Of a stretch of 64,000 nucleotides of DNA, positions 1 to 12,169 are shown piece after piece. Source of the stretch: Minisyncoccia bacterium (lineage in GTDB: Bacteria > Patescibacteriota > Minisyncoccia > Phycocordibacterales > PALSA-1337); the NCBI GenBank assembly GCA_049997795.1, contig JBEKVT010000002.1, forward strand, positions 129,664-193,663, read 5' to 3'. The translations under genes were made by a program, and so were the position numbers. The notes under the pieces were generated by a model. That model did no database searches and was not told the DNA's origin. It saw only the letters and a program-made list of their open reading frames with translations. Each line of letters begins with the position of its first letter. The stretch's first letter is position 1.

Positions 1-702
1 GAGAAATTGAACGACGCCAAGAATCAATTCATCATGATCACCCAGCACCACCTGCGCACGCCGGTCACCAGCCTCATCTGGGGACTGGAGTCCGTTCTGA
101 AGGGGGTGACCGGCGTCATCGGGTCGGAGACGCGCTCGGCGGTCGAAGGCATGAAGTCGTCGGCGGACCGCCTGATGCATATCGTCGACGATTTCCTGAA
201 CATCACCACTCTGAAGATCGGCACGAGCATATTGAACATCTCCGATCGGAGCCTCAAACCGGCCATCGAAGGCATCATCGAGGAGCTTCAGCCGGAGATC
301 AAGCGCATGAACATCGCCGTCTCCTGGCCGCGCAACGACAGGGGCTGGCCCGAGCTCAAGATTGATTACGACAAGATGCGCGAGATCCTCTTCATCGTCG
401 TCGAGAATGCCGTGCGGTACAACCGCGAGGGCGGAATTGTCACGATATCCACGAAGACAGGCGGCGGCTCATTTGAGCTCTCGATCGAGAACACCGGTAT
501 CGGCATCACCCAGGAAGAGGCACGGAAGATCGGCTCGTCGCTCTTCTACCGCGGAGAATGCGCTCGCAAGGCCCATCCTATCGGCATGGGCATCGGCTTG
601 TCCGTCGTCAAGGCCATCGTCAAGGCTCACCATGGGAGTTTTTCTATCGAATCGAAAGGGAAGGAAGAGGGGGCTAAGGTTACAGTGGAATTGCCAAAAT
701 AA
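1..702 (+). CDS. Sensor histidine kinase, C-terminal part (HisKA + HATPase), 5' truncated by window edge
   Basis: H-box QHHLRTP, N-box ENAVRY, G1 NTGIG, G2 GMGIGL; frame open to position 1. Confidence 0.9.
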   Translation, partial: EKLNDAKNQFIMITQHHLRTPVTSLIWGLESVLKGVTGVIGSETRSAVEGMKSSADRLMHIVDDFLNITTLKIGTSILNISDRSLKPAIEGIIEELQPEIKRMNIAVSWPRNDRGWPELKIDYDKMREILFIVVENAVRYNREGGIVTISTKTGGGSFELSIENTGIGITQEEARKIGSSLFYRGECARKAHPIGMGIGLSVVKAIVKAHHGSFSIESKGKEEGAKVTVELPK

Positions 703-719
703 ATTACGTTGCTGAGATT

Positions 720-1418
720 TTATGCTCCAGTTTCTGCCGTCTTCGGCGCCATCTCGCGGATTCTATCCATGACGACGTTGGCGTAGGCCTTGAAATCGTC
801 GGGTGAGAGGGCGGCAGCGCCGGGCTTGGGGGTGATGTAGATGGGCGCGCCGTAAGTGACAGAGAGCTTGCGGCGGCCGCGGAAGAAATCGGCGGGCGAG
901 AGCCGGAAAGTGCCGCCGAGATAGACGGGTACGATGGGCCGGCCGGTCTTGTATGCGAGATAAGCCACGCCTCCCTTCCCTTCCTGGATCTTGCCGTCGA
1001 GGGTCCGGCGGCCTTCGGGGAAGATGCAGAGATTGCCCCGAAGCCGGAGGATGGCCAGGTGATTCACCAGCGACTTGTCGTAATCATTGAGGCCGGCATA
1101 GACCGGGTGGGCGCCCCAGGCCTTGAAGAAAGTCCCGCCATAGAAGCGCTGGCGCCAGCCGGAATTCTTGTAGAAGGCCCTTTCGCGCGAGGTGTAGAAC
1201 ATCGGGGCGAAGCGGGTGAACATCGGCAGAGAGCCGGGCACGAGAAAAACGTCAAATTCGCTGGAGTGGTTGGTGGCGAAGATGACGTTGGTCTTGAGGC
1301 CTTTCAGATGTTCCAAGCCTTTGATCTCGATATGGCCGCAGAAGATGAACAAGAGGCGGAACGGTATCCAGATGAGCTTCTGAAGAACAAATGGAACAAA
1401 AAAGTGCCAGTTTTTCAC
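720..1418 (-). CDS. plsC: 1-acyl-sn-glycerol-3-phosphate acyltransferase (PlsC family)
   Basis: NHSSEFD (NHxxxxD) and IFPEGRR motifs. Confidence 0.85.
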   Translation of the reverse strand: MKNWHFFVPFVLQKLIWIPFRLLFIFCGHIEIKGLEHLKGLKTNVIFATNHSSEFDVFLVPGSLPMFTRFAPMFYTSRERAFYKNSGWRQRFYGGTFFKAWGAHPVYAGLNDYDKSLVNHLAILRLRGNLCIFPEGRRTLDGKIQEGKGGVAYLAYKTGRPIVPVYLGGTFRLSPADFFRGRRKLSVTYGAPIYITPKPGAAALSPDDFKAYANVVMDRIREMAPKTAETGA

Positions 1419-1556
1419 CGGAGCATTATATCACGCTTCCCTTGCCATCTCATGGAACAGGTGTTAGCATCATCTCGACGATCCGTTCTTTCCAAATGCA
1501 ACAGGAAGGACGGCCCTATTTTTAACTGCAGATCAACAAGGAAGGAGCAGGTTATC

Positions 1557-2333
1557 ATGAAGAACAGAAAAGAGGGCCGGCCGGCCCTTTGTTACGCGGT
1601 ATTCGGGCTTGCTTTGCTCGCGGCGGCGACCTGTCTCTCGGGTTGCGCCGCCACCGAAGTGGCCCTCGAACACAAGGACCTCAAAGTCTCGACCCAGATG
1701 TCCTCGACCATATTCCTGGACGTGGAGAACCGCACCGCCAGGACCGTCTATCTCGACGTCCGGAACACTTCGGACAAGGATATCGACGTCAGGCCGCTCA
1801 TCGAATCGCGGCTGGTCGCTCAGGGCTATACGGTCACCCCGAACGCCAAGGAGGCCTTCTACATCCTGCAGATGAACATCCTCCAGGTCGGCGTGGCCGA
1901 TCCGTCCGCCGCGCACGAATCATTGTACGCGGGCTGGGGCGGTCAGCTTGCCGGGGGAGTGGCCGGAGCGATGATCGGCGGCAACCGGACGTCGAATTCC
2001 TTCGGGGGCGCGATGAACGGCGCCGGGATCGGCGGGCTTGTCGGCGGAGCCGGTGAATTGATCGCCGGAGCGCTGGTCAAGAACGTGACCTATTCGATCA
2101 TCACCGACCTGCAGATCCTCGAGAGGACGGATGAAGCGGTCAAGCAGACCGTGCAATCCGACCTAGCCCAGGGTACCGGCACGCGCGTTCTCCAGACGAG
2201 CGAGAGCACGCAAGGCCGGAAGAAGTATCAGACCAGGATCCTTTCTACGGCGAACCAGGTCAACTTGAAATTCGAACAGGCCCTGCCAATCCTCGAGGAG
2301 CAGCTCGCCAAATCGGTGGCAGGTCTGCTGTGA
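1557..2333 (+). CDS. traT: TraT-family complement resistance/surface exclusion lipoprotein
   Basis: Lipobox LSGC; TQMSSTIFLD, VRNTSDK, Gly-rich hydrophobic hairpin, YSIITDLQILER, TRILSTANQVNLKF typical of TraT; SD AAGGAG before ATG 1557. Confidence 0.85.
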   Translation: MKNRKEGRPALCYAVFGLALLAAATCLSGCAATEVALEHKDLKVSTQMSSTIFLDVENRTARTVYLDVRNTSDKDIDVRPLIESRLVAQGYTVTPNAKEAFYILQMNILQVGVADPSAAHESLYAGWGGQLAGGVAGAMIGGNRTSNSFGGAMNGAGIGGLVGGAGELIAGALVKNVTYSIITDLQILERTDEAVKQTVQSDLAQGTGTRVLQTSESTQGRKKYQTRILSTANQVNLKFEQALPILEEQLAKSVAGLL

Positions 2334-2353
2334 CCTTCACGGCGCGGCCTCCG

Positions 2354-2381
2354 GAGCGACGCACCCGCGTCGCTCTTTTTT
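2354..2381 (+). terminator. Intrinsic terminator after traT
   Basis: GAGCGACGC-accc-GCGTCGCTC stem followed by T-run. Confidence 0.75.
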
Positions 2382-2387
2382 ATTGCT

Positions 2388-3212
2388 TCACAAGCTCACT
2401 CCCCACACTCTCCTGGCATTCTCGAGCAGGGCTTTTTCTACCTCCTCGAGCGGCAGTTTCTTGATGCGGGCGATCTTGTCGACGACTTCGGAGACGTAGG
2501 CCGGCTCGTTGCGCTCGCCTCTGTGGGGCACCGGAGCGACGAAGGGACAGTCAGTCTCGGCTTGGATCATATCGAGAGGCACGTACTCGACAAGCTCGGC
2601 ATATTGTTTGGCGAAAGTTATGGCCCCGGTGAACGAGAGGGTGAAGCCGAGATCAAGGAACCGGCGGGCCTCTTCGATGGTGCCGGCGAAGAAATGGGAA
2701 TCGCCCTTGACCTTGGCGTGGGCCGCGAGGATATCCAGGGCGTCGCCGTAAGCCTCCCGGATATGGAGCATGAGCGGCTTGCCAGATTCGTTGGCGAGGG
2801 CTATCTGCGCGATAAAGGCTTCTTTCTGTTTGGCGATCGAGTCGGCCGGCAGGCGGTGATAATCGAGACCGCACTCCCCTACCCCAACGACCTTCGGATG
2901 CTTGAGCAATTCCCGATAGACAACAGGGTCGAATGTCTCGCCGCGCGACGTGAATCCGCCTCCACCCTTTCCCAGCTCCTTCTCGTCATGGAAAGAGGCC
3001 GAGGTATGTATGGGGTGCAAGCCGACGATGGCATAGGCGCCTTCCGGATATTCCTCCGCTAATTCAAGGGCTTTTCCGGAGGTATCGATCTGGGTGCCTA
3101 CGTTTATGAAAGCCGTGCCAGCGCGAAGAGCGCGCTTGGCCGTCGCCTCCCTGTCCGCGTCAAAGGCCGCGAAATTCAGGTGAGCGTGAATGTCGATGCG
3201 GCGGAACGGCAC
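2388..3212 (-). CDS. tatD: TatD-family deoxyribonuclease
   Basis: DIHAHL, GLHP, GECGLDY, LHIR, ETDCPF, RNEP motifs. Confidence 0.93.
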   Translation of the reverse strand: MPFRRIDIHAHLNFAAFDADREATAKRALRAGTAFINVGTQIDTSGKALELAEEYPEGAYAIVGLHPIHTSASFHDEKELGKGGGGFTSRGETFDPVVYRELLKHPKVVGVGECGLDYHRLPADSIAKQKEAFIAQIALANESGKPLMLHIREAYGDALDILAAHAKVKGDSHFFAGTIEEARRFLDLGFTLSFTGAITFAKQYAELVEYVPLDMIQAETDCPFVAPVPHRGERNEPAYVSEVVDKIARIKKLPLEEVEKALLENARRVWGVSL

Positions 3213-3215
3213 GAC

Positions 3216-4445
3216 TTATATCTCGGTCTCGGAGGTATTGGTGATGATGAGATTGGCAGCCGGCGTATAGACCGGATCGCCCGAGACGCCGTCGGTGCAG
3301 GACAGATTGAAGTAATAGTGCCCGGTGGGAGAAGAGGTGTTGGTCGCCATCTGGGCGGTCGAACCCGTGCCGGTGAAGTTGGTGCCGGTCCAATTCGAGG
3401 TGAAGCTCGAGGGCGCGGTCTGGCCCGGAGGCGGAGTGACCGAGGCAGTGCAGGTGTATCCGGCGGGCAGGCTGTTCACCCATTTGACCACCACCGGCTG
3501 GCTTTGAGTGATGGTCAGGGAGCATGCCGTGGCAGAGGATGAGGTGTTGCCGATGTAGAGGGCGATCGAGCCCTGGTTGCAATTGCTGTTCACGCCAGCC
3601 ACCGTCACGTTGCCGCAATTCGGCGAGGCCGTGGCCTGCAGGCTCTGATTGTTGTGGTCGCGGACCACGAGGCTCGGGCCGAAGCCGCCCGGGGTGCTGT
3701 AGCTTATGGTATCGGTAGTGTTAGAGCCCCAGCCGCCGCCGCTCCAGTTGTAATCGTAGCTGCCGGAGCCGCCGGAAGGATAGGCGGTGAAGGTCACGTT
3801 GCCGGCGGAAGAGAGATTGGTCGGAGACGACGGGCTACAGTATGCCGCCACGGCCGTCGAGACGAGCTTGACGCCCTTGGTTGGCCCGGCGGGATCGTTG
3901 AACTCTATCCAACCGACGACCGATCCGCCCCAGGCGTAGCCGACGAGGGTGTTGTCGCTGGTCTTCAGGGTGACGCCGCCGTTGCCGCTCGTGTCTCCCG
4001 TCACGTGGTTGGGGCCGGATAATTCTATCCAGCCGTCCCAGCCGTCGCTCCTAGACGTCATGCTGGAGCAATTTCCGGAAGCGGTCCCGGCGCAGGCCCT
4101 GGCCCAGCCGTTGACCGCTCCGGTCGACAATACCAGGGTGGCGTTGGTCGCGCTCGTCCCGCCCGAGGGGAAGCTCGACAGGCCGCCGAATTTGATCCAG
4201 CCGATGCCCGAAGACCACATATAGCCGGTGATATTGTTCAAGCTGTCCACCTGGAGGCCGTACGGTCCGCCGCCGGCTCCAGCGTCAGTGGAGCTCGCCG
4301 ACAGCCAGCCGACATTCGACGACCAGGCCCAGCCCGAAAGATAGCCGGTGGTCGTCTGGGCATTAGTGGGCATGGTGCGGATGACGGCGACGAAGATCGC
4401 CGCGACGACGAGCAAGGCTGTCAGGCCGAGAAGGAGTTTTTTCAT
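3216..4445 (-). CDS. Secreted Gly/Ser/Thr-rich surface protein (GWAWS..GW repeats, PKD-like module)
   Basis: Signal peptide; repeated GWAWSSNVGW/GYMWSSGIGW/GYAWGGSVVGW; SGGSGSYDYNW module. Confidence 0.7.
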   Translation of the reverse strand: MKKLLLGLTALLVVAAIFVAVIRTMPTNAQTTTGYLSGWAWSSNVGWLSASSTDAGAGGGPYGLQVDSLNNITGYMWSSGIGWIKFGGLSSFPSGGTSATNATLVLSTGAVNGWARACAGTASGNCSSMTSRSDGWDGWIELSGPNHVTGDTSGNGGVTLKTSDNTLVGYAWGGSVVGWIEFNDPAGPTKGVKLVSTAVAAYCSPSSPTNLSSAGNVTFTAYPSGGSGSYDYNWSGGGWGSNTTDTISYSTPGGFGPSLVVRDHNNQSLQATASPNCGNVTVAGVNSNCNQGSIALYIGNTSSSATACSLTITQSQPVVVKWVNSLPAGYTCTASVTPPPGQTAPSSFTSNWTGTNFTGTGSTAQMATNTSSPTGHYYFNLSCTDGVSGDPVYTPAANLIITNTSETEI

Positions 4446-4557
4446 ATTGAAACGGCGGAAGAGAACGGTGCTTCTTAATTGTACATCATGGCAGGGGCCC
4501 TGACGAGGATGATGTGGACAAAACGGAGCCCTTTCGACATCCCTTACTTAATGGCTT

Positions 4558-6726
<2,169 letters not shown>

Positions 6727-6819
6727 GCAGGAAATAGTAGCAGAAAAACGCCCCGAACGAAAACCGCGCCTTGAAGCGCGGGTTTCGGGATCTTAGATCA
6801 GAGGATGCGGTCAGTTGCC

Positions 6820-7179
6820 TTAGAAGTGGTTTCCAAAACCGCCGCGGCCGTTGAAGCCGCCGTAGACCGGAGGAAAATATCGCACCGTCGGGACGAAATA
6901 GTTGTAATAGTAGCCGTTCGGGTAGGTCACCTGGAAGGTCCCGGTGTTGTAGTGAGTGGGAGCGGGCGGGTATGAATTGCCGTAACCGTTGCCCCAGTTG
7001 CCGTGACCGCCGCCATTCCAATTGCCGTTCCCGTTGCCGGTCCAGCCGCCATTGTGGTTGCTCGAGCCGGAACCGCTCCATTGGGCTGAAGCTAGACCGG
7101 GCGTAGAGACAAGAACGGCCGCTATGATCGCCAAGGCGATCACCCCCGCAAAAGACTGTATTTTAAGGCTATTTTGCAT
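6820..7179 (-). CDS. Small secreted Gly/Asn/Tyr-rich hypothetical protein
   Basis: Signal peptide followed by GNGNW/GGGHGNW low-complexity repeats; own terminator-like hairpin downstream. Confidence 0.6.
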   Translation of the reverse strand: MQNSLKIQSFAGVIALAIIAAVLVSTPGLASAQWSGSGSSNHNGGWTGNGNGNWNGGGHGNWGNGYGNSYPPAPTHYNTGTFQVTYPNGYYYNYFVPTVRYFPPVYGGFNGRGGFGNHF

Positions 7180-7285
7180 GATTATGTATATGATTAAGGT
7201 ATAATACGGCAACGACCGGCTATTGGGTATTGCTTGTCGCATGCTATGTTAATGACACAGAAATGTCAAGTATGTCCATACTTCC

Positions 7286-8596
7286 ATGATCATCCTCGGG
7301 ATTGAGACTTCATGCGATGAGACGGCCCTGGCGCTTCTCGAGACGCGAGGGCATGGAGCGCCAGCCGGCCGGCGGATCGAATGCCGCGTGATATCCTCTC
7401 TCGTCCATTCGCAAGCGGACCTGCACAGCCCTTACGGCGGCGTCTTCCCTTCCCTCGCCAAGCGCGAACACGGCAAGAACCTCGTGCCGCTTTTGCACAA
7501 GCTGCTCACGGAGGCGGAACGGGAAGAGGCCCTGAAGAGTACGACGTCGGCGCGGCCATCGCGCCGCGTCTCATTCTCGCCGACGCATGGAAACCGGCAT
7601 TCCGATATCGAGCGTGCGTCGGCTCCGAAAGCCTCTTCAGAACCTCTTCCCGTTCCGCTCGAAGACATCCTCGAGCAGTTCCGTGCCGAGGTAGCGCCTC
7701 AGAATCCGGAACTGTTCGAATCTTTTGCCGCGGCCGATTTCCTGAAAGACGCGCCGCCTATGATAGACAAGATCGCCGTGACCGAAGGGCCGGGTTTGGA
7801 GCCGACTCTGTGGGTCGGCATAAATTTCGCCAGGATGCTCGCGGCTCTCTGGAAGGCGCCGATCGTGCCTGTCGACCACATGGAGGGGCACATCGTCGGC
7901 TCGCTCCTTGCGCCGGAGGCGATGGACGGCGCCTGGCACGGATTGCACGAAGCGCCGATGCCGGCCGTCGCTCTTCTCATAAGCGGCGGCCACACGGAAT
8001 TGGTGGAAGTGCGGAAGATCGGCGATTATAAAGTCATCGGCAAGACCCGGGACGATGCCGTGGGCGAAGCTTTCGACAAGGCGGCCAGGCTTATCGGCCT
8101 GCCCTATCCGGGAGGGCCGCATATAGAAGAACTCTCGCAGCTGGCGCGGGCGGAAAATCTGGAGCCGCCGGTAAAACTCCCCCGCCCGATGGTGAATAGC
8201 GGGAACCTCGATTTTTCCTTTTCAGGCCTGAAGACGGCCGTGCTGTACGCGGTGCGAGCCGCGCCGAAAGATCGGGGCGGAGTTTTGAGCGACGAATGGA
8301 AAAAAGGCCTGGCCCGCGAATTCGAACAGGCCGTTGTCGAGACTCTGGAAGCAAAATTGCGCTCGGCCGTAGAAAAGACCGGCGCGCGATCGATAATCGT
8401 GGGCGGCGGCGTCTCCGCCAACCGTTCCTTGCAGGAGAATTTCAAAAAAATCGCGGCGGAAAACGGCATCCCGCTCTTCCTGCCGACGCAGCATGTCTCC
8501 GGCGACAATGCTCTGATGATCGCTCTTGCCGGAGCCATGCATGACGAGACGAGAGCGCCCGGGAAAATCCGGGCGCATGGCACGAAAAGCCTTTGA
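7286..8596 (+). CDS. tsaD: tRNA N6-threonylcarbamoyltransferase TsaD with in-frame insertion
   Basis: ILGIETSCDET, GPGL, HMEGH, SGGHT, DDAVGEAFDK, FSFSGLKT, DNALMIA; about 90 aa longer than typical. Confidence 0.95.
   Translation: MIILGIETSCDETALALLETRGHGAPAGRRIECRVISSLVHSQADLHSPYGGVFPSLAKREHGKNLVPLLHKLLTEAEREEALKSTTSARPSRRVSFSPTHGNRHSDIERASAPKASSEPLPVPLEDILEQFRAEVAPQNPELFESFAAADFLKDAPPMIDKIAVTEGPGLEPTLWVGINFARMLAALWKAPIVPVDHMEGHIVGSLLAPEAMDGAWHGLHEAPMPAVALLISGGHTELVEVRKIGDYKVIGKTRDDAVGEAFDKAARLIGLPYPGGPHIEELSQLARAENLEPPVKLPRPMVNSGNLDFSFSGLKTAVLYAVRAAPKDRGGVLSDEWKKGLAREFEQAVVETLEAKLRSAVEKTGARSIIVGGGVSANRSLQENFKKIAAENGIPLFLPTQHVSGDNALMIALAGAMHDETRAPGKIRAHGTKSL
7514..7658. repeat. Palindromic (Y-shaped) element inserted in frame within tsaD
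   Basis: Arms GCGGAACGGGAAGAGG-cc-CTGAAGAG / CTCTTCAG-aa-CCTCTTCCCGTTCCGC enclosing two internal hairpins. Confidence 0.8.
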
Positions 8597-8621
8597 CGGC
8601 TCTCCGAATCCCGCAAGAAAG

Positions 8622-8888
8622 TCACCGCCTGATGACGAACCTGAGGAAAGAGACGACGGCGAGGAGGACGGCTCCAGCGATTACTCCGGCATATCCGAAT
8701 AGCCCGAGCCCCCTTCCCATGCCGAAGATGGCGTCATAGACAAAACCGACCGCCACCAGCTCGACATAGTACGGGAAGAGCCAAGCGGCGACGAGACCGA
8801 GCGGCAGGGCGACATACCATAGGCCGAGGATGGCGCAGAGCGTGATGACGACGTCGATGATGATGCGTAAGGTGAGTTTATTGTCCAT
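8622..8888 (-). CDS. Small membrane protein in the mreD position
   Basis: Three hydrophobic segments; directly downstream of mreB-mreC. Confidence 0.55.
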   Translation of the reverse strand: MDNKLTLRIIIDVVITLCAILGLWYVALPLGLVAAWLFPYYVELVAVGFVYDAIFGMGRGLGLFGYAGVIAGAVLLAVVSFLRFVIRR

Positions 8889-8949
8889 GGCGATCGGCTT
8901 TAGAGCGACAGACTTGATATGACAGGAGAGAGATCGTTAAACAGCAAGG

Positions 8950-9774
8950 TCATTTGGATTTCGGCTTAAGGTTCTTGTCCGGCGAGTTCAATTGAAGAAG
9001 GACCCAGCGCAATCCGGAAACGTTGACCGGCGGGGCGATGAGGATCTCGTCGAACGGATTCGATGGCCCGGAGACGACCGAGACGACGACACCGAAGGGA
9101 CCGTCGTAGAGCGACGGGTCGCTGACGAAGTCGCCGGCCGCGACGGACGAGCCGTGAGACAACTCGGCCCGGTACTGTCCGTCGCCGCGGCCGACGGCCG
9201 TGGCCGGCAGACGATCAGCGCCGATGAAGACGTTGTACGTTTCTCCGGGAGAGCTCAGCAGAGCCACCTCGGAGGTACGGGAAAGGACCGACACGACTCG
9301 GCCGATCAAGACATTGCCGGGAGCATAGACGAGGCTGGTCGTAGATACGCCATCGCTCCGACCGAGATCTATCGTCAATCCGTCATACGGCACCCATTGC
9401 GGGCGGGCGAGGACCGCCGCCAAGACGTACGGGGAGGGAGTGGTCGAGGCCCGGCCGAGCAAGGCCTTGAGCTCTGCGTTCTCGGTTTGGAGCATGGCCA
9501 CGGACGAGCTCGCGACATAGAGCTTCAGGGCGGCAAGCTCCGTTTGGAGAGCCGCGTTCTCAGCCAAGAGCTCCGCCGGCGATCGGAGGGCGCCGCTCTC
9601 TATCGAGAATCGCTCGCGCCAGAACGGCACGGCCAGGCTCGTGAAGAGCCCGGGGAAAACGGACGGCAAGGACCATTGGACGAGGATGACCAGGAATATC
9701 AAAAAGACGGCAGAGCCCAGGGCGGCGCGCTTCCGGCGCGACAGGGGCAGCTTATGAGGACGAAGGTATGTCAT
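8950..9774 (-). CDS. mreC: Rod shape-determining protein MreC
   Basis: N-terminal TM, coiled coil ENAELKALL, LTIDLGRSDGV, LIGRV; follows mreB. Confidence 0.85.
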   Translation of the reverse strand: MTYLRPHKLPLSRRKRAALGSAVFLIFLVILVQWSLPSVFPGLFTSLAVPFWRERFSIESGALRSPAELLAENAALQTELAALKLYVASSSVAMLQTENAELKALLGRASTTPSPYVLAAVLARPQWVPYDGLTIDLGRSDGVSTTSLVYAPGNVLIGRVVSVLSRTSEVALLSSPGETYNVFIGADRLPATAVGRGDGQYRAELSHGSSVAAGDFVSDPSLYDGPFGVVVSVVSGPSNPFDEILIAPPVNVSGLRWVLLQLNSPDKNLKPKSK

Positions 9775-10816
9775 CTTCGCTTTCGATCAAGACGGAGCGG
9801 TAACGGTCGATGTCTTCGAGGATGGCGCCGGCGCCCCGAGCCACGGCTGAGAGCGGGTCGTCGGCTATCGAGACCGGGAGCTTCAAGGTCTCGACGAGCA
9901 GGGCGTCGAGGCCTTTGATCAGAGCGCCGCCGCCCACGAGGTGCATGCCTCGGCGCATGACGTCGGAAAGGATCTCCGGCGGGGTGGTCTCCAGGACTTC
10001 TTTGGTCGCTTCGAGGATGGTCTCTATCGAGCTCGCCATGGCTTCGCGGATGTCGGAATCCGTGATGACGACTTCGCGAGGAAGCCCGGTGATGAGGTCG
10101 CGGCCGCGGATGGTCGTCTCCATGGGCTCGTCAGGCATGACCGCCCCGACGGCCATCTTCACCTGTTCGGCGGTGGTCTCGCCGATCAATATCTTGAATT
10201 CGTTCCTGATGTAAGAGACGATGTCGTTGTTCAATCGGTCGCCGGCGATCTTCAGGTTCTTGGAGCGGACGATGCCGCCGAGCGAGATCACGGCGATATC
10301 GGTCGTACCGCCGCCGATGTCGATGATCATCGAGCCGACGGGGTCGTGGACAGGCAGGCGGATGCCTATGGCCCCGGCCATGGGCTGCTCGATGATGTGG
10401 ACTTCGCGGGCGCCGGCGTTCCTCGTGGCGTCGCGCACGGCCCGGACTTCGACGTTGGTCACGCCGGAAGGCACACCGACCACCACTCTGGGCCCGAAAG
10501 GCTTCTTCGGCATGTATTCGGAGGCCCGCTTCATGAGGTAAGAGAGCATCTCCTCGGTCACTTCGAAGTCAGAGATGACGCCGTCGACGAGCGGCCTTAC
10601 AGCTGTGATATGGGCCGGCGTCCTACCGAGCATCTCTTTGGCGGCGGCGCCCACGGCCACCACCTGGCCGGTCTTCTCATTCACAGCCACGACCGACGGT
10701 TCGTTCACCACTATGCCCTTTCCGCGCACGTAAACAAGGGTATTTGCCGTGCCGAGGTCGATGCCAATATCGTTCGAAAAACGGCTGAAAAACCGGTCTT
10801 TCCACTCTTTGAACAT
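9752..10816 (-). CDS. mreB: Rod shape-determining actin-like protein MreB
   Basis: IDLGTANT, EPSVVA, DIGGGTT, GGGALI motifs. Confidence 0.96.
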   Translation of the reverse strand: MFKEWKDRFFSRFSNDIGIDLGTANTLVYVRGKGIVVNEPSVVAVNEKTGQVVAVGAAAKEMLGRTPAHITAVRPLVDGVISDFEVTEEMLSYLMKRASEYMPKKPFGPRVVVGVPSGVTNVEVRAVRDATRNAGAREVHIIEQPMAGAIGIRLPVHDPVGSMIIDIGGGTTDIAVISLGGIVRSKNLKIAGDRLNNDIVSYIRNEFKILIGETTAEQVKMAVGAVMPDEPMETTIRGRDLITGLPREVVITDSDIREAMASSIETILEATKEVLETTPPEILSDVMRRGMHLVGGGALIKGLDALLVETLKLPVSIADDPLSAVARGAGAILEDIDRYRSVLIESEDDIPSSS

Positions 10817-10906
10817 ACGGGAACATTACCACAAACCGCAAATATCGAGTAATTGACACCTCCACCTAAAAATGTTGAAAGATGCGGTTTTTTCTATACT
10901 AAATTT

Positions 10907-12142
10907 TTAGAGCGACTTCAGCTTTACCATCTCCACCTTCCCCGTCGCCCGGTCTTTGACCTCCACTGAATCGTCTTTAAGGGTTTTTTCGCTCACCACA
11001 TAGCGCTTGGGAATGCCAATAAGATCGGCGTCGCTGAATTTCTCGCCGGCGGAGGCTTCGCGGTCGTCGTACAGCACCTCGACACCCCTCTTCGTCATCT
11101 TGGTATACAAATCGTCAGCCGCCTTTTTCACCTTTCCCGCTTCGTCGTATAACGCCACCAGATGCACGGCGAACGGCGCCACTGATTCCGGCCAGACCAG
11201 TCCCTTGTCATCGGCATGGATCTCCACGATCGTGCCCATCACTCTGCCCGGACCGATGCCGTAGCTGCCCATGACGACCGGCTTGGACTTCCCCGCAGCA
11301 TCCTTGTAATTCAGGCCGAGCGCCTCGGAGAACCTAGTGCCCAACTGGAAGATGTTGCCGACTTCGATGGCCTTCTTCTCGACGAGCTCTTTCTTGTTCA
11401 GCTTTAGATCCTTGAGCACTTCGTCGCTCATGACCTCCTTGTTCACGGCGATCTTCTTGCCTTCATGCACATATATAGTATCCTCGCCGGCTTCGGAGAC
11501 CGTCTGGAACTCGTGGGAATATTTCGAGAACGAGCCGCCGGAGGAAAAAGTCACATAAGTCTCGGCGCCAAGGCCCAAGCGGTCGAATATCTTGACGTAC
11601 GCCTTCTTGGCCTTCTCGTAGAAAGCGTCTTGCTCCTTGACGTCCTTGCAGAACGAATATAGATCCTTCATCAGGAATTCCCTGCCGCGCAGGATGCCGC
11701 TCTTGGCCCGCTCCTCGTTGCGGAACTTGGTCTGGAATTGATAGACAGCCGTCGGCAGATCGCGGAACGAGCGGATGTGGTCCTTCATGAGGGCCGTCAG
11801 GGGTTCCTCATGGGTGAAGCTCAAACCGGTTTCGGCGCCGTTCTTGAACTTTGTCTTGAACCAATTATCCACCACCTCGTCGCTCCACCGGTTGGTCGTC
11901 TCCCATATCTTCTTGTCCTGAAGGGCCGCCAGGTAGACTTCCTGCCCGCCGATCGCGTCCATCTCATCGCGGATGACGTCGACGATCTTGTTCATGACGC
12001 GAAGGCCCAAAGGCAAGTATGAATAAACGCCTGCCATCTCCTTGTGGATGTAGCCGGCCCGGATCAGAAGCTCCGCGTTCTTGGCGACTTCGTCTTTGGG
12101 CGCTTCCCGGCGGGTCTTGGTGAAAAGCTGCGATTGGCGCAT
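10907..12142 (-). CDS. proS: Proline--tRNA ligase (short form without editing domain)
   Basis: MRQSQLF, THEE, FRNEERAKSGILRGREFLMKD, GSYGIG; anticodon-binding C-terminus. Confidence 0.95.
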   Translation of the reverse strand: MRQSQLFTKTRREAPKDEVAKNAELLIRAGYIHKEMAGVYSYLPLGLRVMNKIVDVIRDEMDAIGGQEVYLAALQDKKIWETTNRWSDEVVDNWFKTKFKNGAETGLSFTHEEPLTALMKDHIRSFRDLPTAVYQFQTKFRNEERAKSGILRGREFLMKDLYSFCKDVKEQDAFYEKAKKAYVKIFDRLGLGAETYVTFSSGGSFSKYSHEFQTVSEAGEDTIYVHEGKKIAVNKEVMSDEVLKDLKLNKKELVEKKAIEVGNIFQLGTRFSEALGLNYKDAAGKSKPVVMGSYGIGPGRVMGTIVEIHADDKGLVWPESVAPFAVHLVALYDEAGKVKKAADDLYTKMTKRGVEVLYDDREASAGEKFSDADLIGIPKRYVVSEKTLKDDSVEVKDRATGKVEMVKLKSL

Positions 12143-12169
12143 GGCTGAATTGTAGCAGAGAATCGGCGA

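Noticed and set aside
1059-1556. Long N-terminal extension of TraT (and likewise dnaE 27088-27396)
   Set aside because: Overlaps divergent genes; better starts exist at 1557 and 27397
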